Of a stretch of DNA of 64,000 nt, positions 55,540 to 64,000 are shown one piece after another. Both the position numbers and the translations under genes were made by a program. How positions within the stretch are numbered: the stretch's first letter is position 1; every line of letters starts with the position of its first letter. A model generated the notes under the pieces. The model searched no databases, had not been told where the DNA came from, and saw only the letters and a list, made by a program, of their open reading frames with translations. The stretch lies in the NCBI GenBank assembly GCA_963743835.1, contig CAVUQX010000004.1:2560-66559 (forward strand), written 5' to 3'. This DNA comes from Candidatus Dormiibacterota bacterium (GTDB lineage Bacteria > Chloroflexota > Dormibacteria > Aeolococcales > Aeolococcaceae).

Positions 55540-56960
55540 TCCGTTGTCAGCTCGAGCTCGGGGACCACAGCACACTCTCCGTGGTGCGCGCCCTCGCCGA
55601 CCTCGCCTCGACGTCCTGACCGGGCTCGGACACCGCTCCCCCGGACGCGGAGCCCCGCGGAGGCTCGACCAAGGTCGTCGAGGCCCTCGCCGCGCTCGAG
55701 GTCGCAGCGATCGTGAGCGCGGTCGAGTTGGACATCGCGGTGGTGATCTCGATGAACACACCGCCCGAGCTGAACGGCAGGCTGACGCCCGATGGCCGCC
55801 GGCGTCGTCGGCATGCGCATCCCCCTGGACGGCGTGGAATCGCTCCGCCAGCCGGTGCGGCTGCGCCGCCTCTACTACGGCTCGGCCGACGCCTCCGAGA
55901 CGCTGCGGCGCCTGACCACCGATTCCGCGCTTGCCAAAGCGCTGCCCAACGCCGCGGACGAGCGGAACGTCCTCGCGGTCCCGGTCACCTGTCGCGACCG
56001 CGTCGTCGCGGTGCTCACCGCCTGGGGCCCCGGCTGCTCCCCGGTGCTGGGCCCGATCCTCGAAGTCGTCGCCGCCATGCTGGCGGCGGCATGGTCGACG
56101 GAGCTGCAGCCGGGGTCGGACGGTTCGAGACCAAACCCTCCGCCGTGCCCGACACGGAGCTGCGGGGCATCATCGAAGCGCTGCTCACCAGCGGCAGGCT
56201 CGTCTCGGCGCTGCAGCCGATCGTCCGCCTCGTCAACGACACGGTCATCGCCTACGAGGCGCTCGCACGCTACCCACCACTGGCCCGCATCGGGTACGCC
56301 CGACGAGCTCTTCGCCTCGGCCGCGTCGCTGAACATCCAGTCAGCCGTCGACCTCGCCTGCGTCAGGGCCGCGCTGTACGGCCCTCGAACATCGGCGAGG
56401 CCGACCTCTTCGTCAACGTGCTCATCGGGACGCTCGTCGATCAGCGCGGCGTGGCCGCGCTCGACAAGGCGGTCGCGCGACTCCCGCGTCGATCCCGCGT
56501 CGATCGTCCTGGAGTTCAGCGAGCGCGAGCCGGTCCCCGACCTCGCACTGCTGCAGCGAATCGCCGCCGAGCTTCGGGCGCGTGGGTTCCGCATCGCCGT
56601 CGACGACGCCGGCGCGGGTCACGCGAGCATGCGAGTCATCGCCGAGCTGCGACCCGAGTTCATCAAGGTGGATCGGTCCCTCATCCAGGCGATCGACGCC
56701 GACCGCGCCCGCCGCGCCCTGGTCGTTGCGCTGCTCTCCTTCAGCGGCCACATCGGAGCCCGCGTGATCGCCGAGGGCATCGAGACCGCCGCGTGAGCAG
56801 GAGACGCTGCAGTCGCTCGGCGTCCAGTTCGGGCAGGGGTGGCTGTGCGGCCGGCCCGTGCTACCCCACCCGCTCAAGGGGAACCTCGATGGAGGTCGTC
56901 GACCCGACCTGGTTCGCCAGCCGGCTGGTGTCGCCGACACGTGTCGCGTCGGCCGGGCTC
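55540..56960 (+). pseudogene. GAF-like + EAL phosphodiesterase-type protein, at least 6 frame changes
   Basis: The reading alternates between the frames of ORFs 55713..56990 and 55792..56796: VVEALAALEVAAIVSAVELDIAVVISMN -> AAGVVGMRIPLDGVES..NVLAVPVTCRDRVVAVLTAW -> ELRGIIEALLTSGRLVSALQPIVRLVNDTVIAYEALARYP -> DELFASAASLNIQSAVDLACVRAAL -> GEADLFVNVLIGTLVDQRG -> IVLEFSEREPV...GFRIAVDDAGAGHASMRVIAELRPEFIKVDRSLI..ARVIAEGIETAA -> EQETLQSLGVQFGQGWLCGRPV. Ends are approximate. Confidence 0.6.
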
Positions 56961-56989
56961 GGAACGGCGGAACCGGAGGTGCACCGGTA

Positions 56990-58090
56990 GACACGGCGCG
57001 GCCACCCGACCGCGCCGGGGACTCGCTCGCGCGCTGAGCGACGCCGCGCTGGCGCTCCAGAGCGAGCATGATCCGATGCGGATCCTCGGAGTGATGGCGG
57101 ATCAGATGAGCCGCGTCGTGCCAGGTCACCGAGATGGCGATCTTCGTCGCGGACTATGAGACCTTTCGGCTCGTTCCGGTGCTCGCGACCGGCCCCGACC
57201 GCGACGAGATCATGGCGGACAGCATGTCGCTCGACGCGGGCATCACCGGCTGGGCGTTCGCCAAGGGCACGCCGCAGAACATCCCTGACACCTCGAAGCA
57301 TCCGCTCGCGCGGCAGATCCCCGGGACGTCCTATGTCGAGGAGTCGCTGCTGCTCGTTCCGCTGGTCGCAACGGAGCACAAGCTCGGCATCATCAACTGC
57401 TGGCGCGTCGGCGTCGGCCAGTTCAGGCGAGCGAGCTCGAGGCGGCGTCGTTGTTCGCGCATGTCGCGGCGTCCGCATGGCGCAACGCGCAGCTGTACGT
57501 CGAGCTTGTCAATGCCGCGATGACCGATCCGCTGACCGGCCTCTACAACAGCCGCTGGCTGCGCGACGCCGGCGATCGCGACATGGCGCGGGCCGCTCGA
57601 GACTGCAAGCCACTGTCGCTGCTGCTCGTCGACCTCGACCATTTCAAGGCGGTCAACGACAGCGCGGACACGCCGTCGGCGACTGCGTCCTCCAGCGGGT
57701 GGCGACCCAGCTGCGTACCGCAGTGCGCGGAGCGCGACGCGGTGGTGCGTCTCGGTGGCGAGGAATTCGTCGTGATGCTGCACGAATGCCCGGCGGACGG
57801 CGCCTGGGGCCGCCGAAGCGGTGCGCAGTGCGGTGCGTGACGTGGTCGATGCCCGAGGGTTGCAGCCTCGACGGGCTCACCGCGTCGATCGGGATCGCCA
57901 CATATCCCGAGCACGGCGGCACGCTCGATCAACTGCTCGGAGCCGCGGACCGCGCGATGTACTCGGCGAAACACGAGGGCCGGGATCGTTCGGTTCGCGC
58001 GACCCCGCTGGCGGCGCGGGCAAGATCATCGCGCTCCCCCGCCGTCGGCCCCCGCGTCCCAGCGCGCCCAGCATCGTCTCGGGGCGCTGA
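56990..58090 (+). pseudogene. GAF + GGDEF diguanylate-cyclase-type protein, at least 6 frame changes
   Basis: Pieces: DPMRILGVMADQMSRVVPG (ORF 56839..57159) -> EMAIFVADYETFRLVPVLATGPDRDEIM..DAGITGWAF..LLLVPLVATEHKLGIINCWR (ORF 57134..57523) -> LFAHVAASAWRNAQLYVELVNAAMTDPLTGLYNSRWL..LLLVDLDHFKAVND (ORF 57451..57840) -> GHAVGDCVLQRVATQL (ORF 57156..58652) -> DAVVRLGGEEFVVML -> LTASIGIATYPEHGGTLDQLLGAADRAMYSAKHEGRDR. Ends are approximate. Confidence 0.6.
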
Positions 58091-58097
58091 CCGAGCG

Positions 58098-58865
58098 CTA
58101 CGGGATGTCCCGGCGGATGGTGAGGATCCAGCCGCACAACGCAAAGAACAATCCCCACCCGAGCAGGACGAAGCCACCCTCCACGGCGTTGAGGTGCGCG
58201 AGGCTCCCACGATTCACGCCGGTGATCGCCGCCCCCGCCGCGCCCGGGAGGTAGGGATATGCGTTCTTGATCACCGGGATGATGTCGATGAGTGGCTCGA
58301 GCACGAAGAGGTACACGAGCGCGCCGATGACCGCGGCGATCTGGTTGCGCACGAGAACGCCGACGCCGATGCCGACCACCGCGAAGACGGCGATCACGAT
58401 GATGTCGCCGAGCATCGAGAGCAGCACGCCGTTGGACGTCCACCCGATGCCGACGCCGAGCGCCGCGAACCAGGGCGTCATGATGGCAGCGGTCAGCGCT
58501 GCGCACGCGAGTCCGTAGATGATGCCGACGACCGCTGCGACAATCACCTTCGCCACGATGACGCGACCGCGTCGCGGCTCGATGAGGAAGGTGGGACGCG
58601 ACGTGAAGTGACGGAACTCCGTGGTCATCAGGATGATCCCGACCACCACTGAGAAGAGGTAGGCGCTGCCGCCGGACGCAGCGATCGACCGCTGAGTGTC
58701 CGCGGCACTCAGCGGCGGCAGGGGACTCCCGTTGGCACCGTTGCCGTTGCTTGCAATCTGGGCCACAACTCCGAGCGCTGCGAGCGCGAGGGCTCCGAGC
58801 AGCATGCCCCAGCCCAGCTTGATGGTGGTCACCTTTCGCCATTCGGCGCGGACCAGGTTGATCAC
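58098..58865 (-). CDS. ABC-2 type transporter permease
   Basis: GTG 58865 in ORF 58098..58973, overlapping the ATPase stop (GTGA): VINLVRAEWRKVTTIKLGWGMLLGALALAALGVV. Six TM helices. Confidence 0.75.
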   Translation of the reverse strand: MINLVRAEWRKVTTIKLGWGMLLGALALAALGVVAQIASNGNGANGSPLPPLSAADTQRSIAASGGSAYLFSVVVGIILMTTEFRHFTSRPTFLIEPRRGRVIVAKVIVAAVVGIIYGLACAALTAAIMTPWFAALGVGIGWTSNGVLLSMLGDIIVIAVFAVVGIGVGVLVRNQIAAVIGALVYLFVLEPLIDIIPVIKNAYPYLPGAAGAAITGVNRGSLAHLNAVEGGFVLLGWGLFFALCGWILTIRRDIP

Positions 58866-59797
58866 GACGCGGGTCCGGGCGATGCGGCCGGGTCCGCGGT
58901 CAAGCGAAGGAATGTCTCCTCCAGACTTGAGCTCCCGGCTCGAAGCTCGTGCAACTCGACGTGCGCCTCCCATGCGGCCCGGCCCACAGCCGCGGGGGTG
59001 GCCCCCACCACCGCCAGCGAGCCGTCGGCCCGCGGGGTGATCCTCGCGTTGAGCGGCGCGACTGCGGTTGCGAACTGGTCGGGCGTGGGGGTCCGCACCA
59101 CGACTCCACCGCTCGCACCTTCGAGATCTGCCAGCCTCCCTTCATAGATGAAGCGCCCGCGCGCGATGATCACCACCCGGTCGACGGTCTGCTCGACCTC
59201 GGAAAGCACGTGGCTCGAGATCAGCACGGTGCGCCCGTCGACGTCCGCGAAATGCCGGAGCAACCCCCGGAGCCACGCGATTCCCTCGGGGTCGAGCCCA
59301 TTCGCCGGCTCGTCGAGCAACAGGACCCTCGGGTTGCCGAGGAGCGCCGTGGCCAGGGCCAGCCGCTGACGCATGCCGAGCGAGAAGCCATGCACGGCAT
59401 ACCTGGCGGCCTGCGTGAGCCCAACCCACTCGAGCACCTCATCGGCTCGCTTGTCAGGCAACCCTGCGGCGGCACAGAAGACGCGCAGGTGATTTCGAGC
59501 CGAACGGCCCGGGTGAAAGCTGGTCGCCTCGAGAACGGCGCCGACGGTTCGGCCGGGCACGGGCAGGTGCGTGTAGGCGACACCACTGATCGTGCCGGTT
59601 CCGGAGGTGGGGGTCGCCAGGCCGAGGATCATGCGCAGCGTTGTCGTCTTCCCCGCGCCGTTGGGTCCGAGGAACCCCGTGACCGACCCAGGCTCGACCG
59701 TGAACGACAGATCGTCGACTGCCTTGACCTCGCCGAAGACCTTGGTGAGCCCGGAGGCGACGATGCGACCGTCGACTGCGGATGGCTCGGGGCTCAC
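58862..59797 (-). CDS. ABC transporter ATP-binding protein
   Basis: ORF 58862..59827, likely GTG start at 59797 overlapping the HxlR-family stop (GTGA). Walker A GFLGPNGAGKTTTLRMI, signature FSLGMRQRLALATAL, Walker B LLLDEPANGLD. Confidence 0.9.
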   Translation of the reverse strand: MSPEPSAVDGRIVASGLTKVFGEVKAVDDLSFTVEPGSVTGFLGPNGAGKTTTLRMILGLATPTSGTGTISGVAYTHLPVPGRTVGAVLEATSFHPGRSARNHLRVFCAAAGLPDKRADEVLEWVGLTQAARYAVHGFSLGMRQRLALATALLGNPRVLLLDEPANGLDPEGIAWLRGLLRHFADVDGRTVLISSHVLSEVEQTVDRVVIIARGRFIYEGRLADLEGASGGVVVRTPTPDQFATAVAPLNARITPRADGSLAVVGATPAAVGRAAWEAHVELHELRAGSSSLEETFLRLTADPAASPGPAS

Positions 59798-60132
59798 GCC
59801 CCGGCGCCCATGTGAGCCTGTGCCCACTCGCCGAGCGCCACCAGCGCGGGTCGCAGCGCCTCCCCGCTCGGCGTCAACCGGTAGAGCGACGCGATCGGGG
59901 GACCCTCGATCACCTCGCGAGTGAGCAGGCCGGCATCCCGCAACTCGGTGAGACGGGCTGAGAGCATGCTCTCGGTGATTCCTGGAATTGCCCTGGCGAT
60001 CTCGGCGAATCGCGCCGGGCGCTCGAGCAGGACCCCGATAACAACGCCTGTCCAGCGCTTCCCGAGCACCGCGAACACCGACGTCAGCGCGTCGTCGCAG
60101 TGAATTCCCGCCGATCGCAACTCCCGTTCCAT
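59794..60132 (-). CDS. HxlR-family winged-helix transcriptional regulator
   Basis: ATG 60132 in ORF 59794..60180: LTSVFAVLGKRWTGVVIGVLLERPARFAEIARAIPGITESMLSARLTELRDAGLLTREV...YRLTPSGEAL. Confidence 0.85.
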   Translation of the reverse strand: MERELRSAGIHCDDALTSVFAVLGKRWTGVVIGVLLERPARFAEIARAIPGITESMLSARLTELRDAGLLTREVIEGPPIASLYRLTPSGEALRPALVALGEWAQAHMGAGA

Positions 60133-60412
60133 GTGGCGTCCATGGTACCCGGCATCGCGACAGCGGATAGCAACTTGCACTGCGCTAGCTCCACGCGAAT
60201 TGCAAGCCGCGGCGGTGGGTGCACCCCTTGAGCGGGGCTGAACCCGACGCGTATCGCGGCGCCGTCATCTGGTTTGCGTTGTGGATGACCGCTGTGCAAC
60301 CGAACACCGCGGCGATGTCGCGGTCTGTCCGTAAGTGCGGTCGCGTACAGACCAGGGGTTCTAGTCGCCCCCAACGTGATCTCACGGGCCCTCTCCCTGT
60401 TCGTTTGAAGGT

Positions 60413-62379
60413 GTGTGCACATTGTCGATGCCGGCTCCCCTCGCGTCGGATACGCGAGCGCGCGCCGTCGCACACGGCGGCGTGTCGAGGCGCGAGGTCA
60501 TCGGTCGAGCGGATCGGCGGCGACCAACCGCGCGTACCGCGGGCGCTCAAACATTGCTCGCGAGCGCGCTGGCGCTCTTCAACGAATCCGACGACATCGA
60601 TGCGACTCTCCGCGAGACGCTCACGATGGTGACCACCGCACTGCACGGGCGCATCGGGGAGATCTGGCTTCGCGACGGGCACGCTCGCGACGTCGAGCTG
60701 CGATATTCGTCATCGGACGGAACTCCCGACGTCGTCGCGTTCGAGGCCGAGGGCAAGGCGCTGGGAGTCGGCCTTGGACCGGCACTGGTGAGCAGGGTGG
60801 TGAAGACGGGTCGTGGGTCGGCATCGGTGTCGATCGGCGTCGGCGGGAGAGGCGGTCGTGCTGTCATGGCGGCGGCCGCGGACATTCACAGCGCTCTCAC
60901 GTTTCCGATCAGAGGCAAGGGCAATCTCGTCGGCGTGCTCGCGGTTTTTCGAGAGCCGACCACCCCGCCGCATCGCGCTGCGGTGGAGCCGATGCCCGCC
61001 ATCTGCCACCACCTTGGCCGGTTCATCGAGCGCGTTCGCGGGGAAGCCGCGATCCACGAAGCCGCCATGGAGCTTGCTGCGCTCGCATCCACGGATGCGC
61101 TCACCGGACTGAAGAACCGGCGCGAGTTCGACAGGGCGCTCCGCACCATTCCGAGACTGCCATTCGCGGTGCTCTCCCTTGACGTCGACGGGCTGAAGGA
61201 GATCAATGACTCCGAGGGCCACGCGGCCGGCGATGCATTGCTGCGCGTCGTCGGCCATACCCTCGGCCTGCTGGTGCGCGGCTGGGACGTGATGGCCCGC
61301 ATCGGTGGTGACGAGTTCGCGGCGCTCCTCCCCGAGGTCGGGGTCTTCGGTGCGCAGCTGGTCGCGGAGCGGATGCGCGTGGCGATGCATTCGCTCGTGC
61401 TTGCAACAGGTCCCGTCCGCATCACCGTCGGATGGAGTGCGGCCCCGGCGGGCGCGGATCCGCTGTCGGTGTGGCAGCGTGCCGACGAGTCGCTCTACGA
61501 GGCCAAGCGTGCCGGTGGCGACCGCGTGGCGGGCTCATCCTACGAAGGTGGCGAGGCGGGGGATATCGCTGAACGCTCGTACTCCGACGTGGTCAACCGC
61601 ATTCTCGGCGGCGGAGCCCTCTCGACCATGTTCCAGCCGATCGTGAGCCTCGACGACGGATCCGTGATGGGATACGAGGCACTCGCGCGTCCCGAGGGTT
61701 TCGCGGCGATGGACTCGGTGGAGGCGGTGTTCGAGGCAGCACGAATCGGCGGTCAGATCCGCGACCTCGACTGGGTGTGCCGGCGCCGAGCCGTTCAGGA
61801 TGCCACGCCACCTACCCGATGGGAGCACGCTCTTCCTCAATATCAGCGCGGCTGCGCTGCTCGACCCGGTCCACAGCGTCGATCAGCTGCTCCTCCTCCT
61901 CAGCAGCGCCGGACGCAAACCCTCCAGCGTCGTGCTCGAGATCACCGAACACGAGCGCATTCGCGACTACGACGTACTCGCGCAGGTCCTCGCCGCATAC
62001 CGTGCGGAGGGGATTCGCTTCGCCCTCGACGACGTTGGCGAGGGGCACTCGACGCTCGAGCTGCTCGCCGCATCCGCGAGCGAGTTCCTCAAGCTGGGAC
62101 GCAGCCTGACGATGACCTCCACCAAGGTGGGATCGCGCGCCGCGATGGATGCCACGATGGCCTTTGCGCGGGTCAGTGGCGCGCCTGGTTATTGCCGAAG
62201 GTGTCGAGAACGAGTTCGTCGCCGACCTGATGAAAGCGGGCGGCATCACCCTGGGTCAGGGATTCGGCCTGGGCAAGCCCACCACGGCGAGCGAGGTCGA
62301 GGACGTCGCAGCCGCGCTCGCCGAGCGCGCGGCGCTGAGTGCCCTGCGACCCCGCTCGGCCGTCCACTCCCTCAACTGA
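60413..62379 (+). pseudogene. GAF-GGDEF-EAL protein (paralog of 47086..49908), two frameshifts in the EAL domain
   Basis: ORF 60413..62230 is intact through ALTGLKNRREFDRAL..DVDGLKEINDSEGHAAGDALL..ARIGGDEFAALL..FQPIVSLDDGSVMGYEALARP..IRDLDWVCRRRAVQDA. It then continues in ORF 61800..62693 (LPDGSTLFLNISAAALLDP...VLEITEHERI..FALDDVGEGHST..EFLKLGRSL) and ORF 62149..62379 (VIAEGVENEFVADLMKAGGITLGQGFGLGKP). Frame changes near 61790 and 62170. Confidence 0.75.
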
Positions 62380-63201
62380 CCCGGCGCACCGCCCGGCCGC
62401 CAGGCGATCACCGTGGTCTACGCGATCGCGTGGATCCGGGGCGAGCTCAGCTCGCGGCAGCGCAGCGCTGGCACGCACGAACTCTGCATCGACGCTGTCG
62501 ATCATCCTGGCGTCCTCGGCGGCGTCCGCTGCCCGGGCGCGCGCCTGCAGCTCCCCGCAGCGTGCGGCGAGGGTTCCGGCGCCGAAGCTGCTCGCGCTTC
62601 CTTTCAGGCTGTGCGCAAGCTTCACCATCGCCGCCGTGTCACCGGTTGTCTGCGCCGCGCGCAGTCCATCGATGCGGGTCTGGCCGTCCTTGAGGAAGAG
62701 CCGGATCAGCTTGTCGAACTCGTCGGTCCCGAGCTCGCGCAGTCCGGTCACGTAGGTCTGATCAAGGAGCCCGCTCGACGGCTGCATCGCGTGCCCCGGC
62801 TGCTCGCGTCGGCCCTCAGTCGGATCGGTCCAGTGCTCGATCATCGCAGCGAGCCTGTCGGCTTTGACCGGCTTGCTCAAGTACGCGTCCATGCCCGCGG
62901 CGAGGCACTTCTCCTGATCGCCGGCCATTGCCCCGGCGGTCATCGCGATCACGATGGTGTGCCGATCCGAACCCTCGCGGCGGCGGAGCTCGCGCGTGGC
63001 TTCGAAGCCGTCCATCTCTGGCATCTGACAGTCCATCAGCACCGCGTCGTACTTGACGCGAGCGAGGGCGGCGAGCGCGCCGATGCCGTTATCGGCAACG
63101 TCCACGACGTGGCCCATCTTCTCGAGCATCCGCACAGCGACGCGTTGGTTCACAGGGTTGTCGTCGACAACGAGAAGGCGCGCTTTCGACGCGAGCGCCA
63201 C
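62173..63201 (-). CDS. receiver + HPt domains (probably the C-terminal part of the hybrid kinase upstream)
   Basis: ORF 62173..63201: RLLVVDDNPVNQRV, AVLMDCQMPEMDG, IVIAMTA, YLSKPV, then HPt MVKLAHSLKGSASSFGAGTLAARCGELQ. The ORF overruns the convergent EAL gene by about 200 nt, so the true stop is probably near 62400. Confidence 0.7.
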   Translation of the reverse strand: MALASKARLLVVDDNPVNQRVAVRMLEKMGHVVDVADNGIGALAALARVKYDAVLMDCQMPEMDGFEATRELRRREGSDRHTIVIAMTAGAMAGDQEKCLAAGMDAYLSKPVKADRLAAMIEHWTDPTEGRREQPGHAMQPSSGLLDQTYVTGLRELGTDEFDKLIRLFLKDGQTRIDGLRAAQTTGDTAAMVKLAHSLKGSASSFGAGTLAARCGELQARARAADAAEDARMIDSVDAEFVRASAALPRAELAPDPRDRVDHGDRLAAGRCAGSVEGVDGRAGSQGTQRRALGERGCDVLDLARRGGLAQAESLTQGDAARFHQVGDELVLDTFGNNQARH

Positions 63202-63234
63202 CTCGGTGAACGGTGTAGCGAACGCTCTCGGTGA

Positions 63235-64000
<766 letters not shown>

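Overview
High-GC, gene-dense chromosomal segment with GC-rich third codon positions. It comes from a bacterium I cannot place precisely; the gene content looks Actinomycetota-, Chloroflexota- or Dormibacterota-like. The conserved landmark is rpmG / tRNA-Trp / secE / nusG / rplK / rplA on the minus strand (38.9-41.4 kb).

The main theme is a dispersed Tad/Flp pilus region (about 8.5-38.9 kb). It contains two tail-to-tail cpaF/tadA ATPases (one with a frameshift inside Walker A), cpaB-tadB-tadC, an flp pilin with a strong intrinsic terminator, and three receiver-CpaE/TadZ paralogs of graded degeneracy. Next to these sit an orphan ParA / truncated ParB-like / coiled-coil operon, a second ParA-like ATPase, and an 823-aa acidic protein with DUF4388/PATAN-like modules.

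Other content:
- A MacB-type ABC exporter with a CAP/SCP-domain protein and a lipoprotein, plus two ABC-2 exporter pairs.
- Two-component systems and several c-di-GMP enzymes.
- ada-alkA/ogt, cysH, a Crp-family regulator, hydrolases, WS/DGAT, and a DksA/TraR zinc finger.

Non-coding highlight: a conserved hairpin element sits about 40-50 nt downstream of four stop codons, always in the sense orientation, with compensatory stem changes. One copy is expanded into a 53-bp tandem array.

Many genes can only be read through frame changes, and these are strongly clustered (1-5.6 kb, 32.7-34.2 kb, 55.5-58.1 kb, 60.4-64 kb). Long stretches elsewhere are intact. I cannot tell from sequence alone whether this is real gene decay or assembly error.

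I saw no CRISPR array, rRNA, integrase or transposase. Coordinates taken from the ORF track are exact. Coordinates I indexed by eye (tRNA, repeats, hairpins, frameshift sites) may be off by 1-2 nt.
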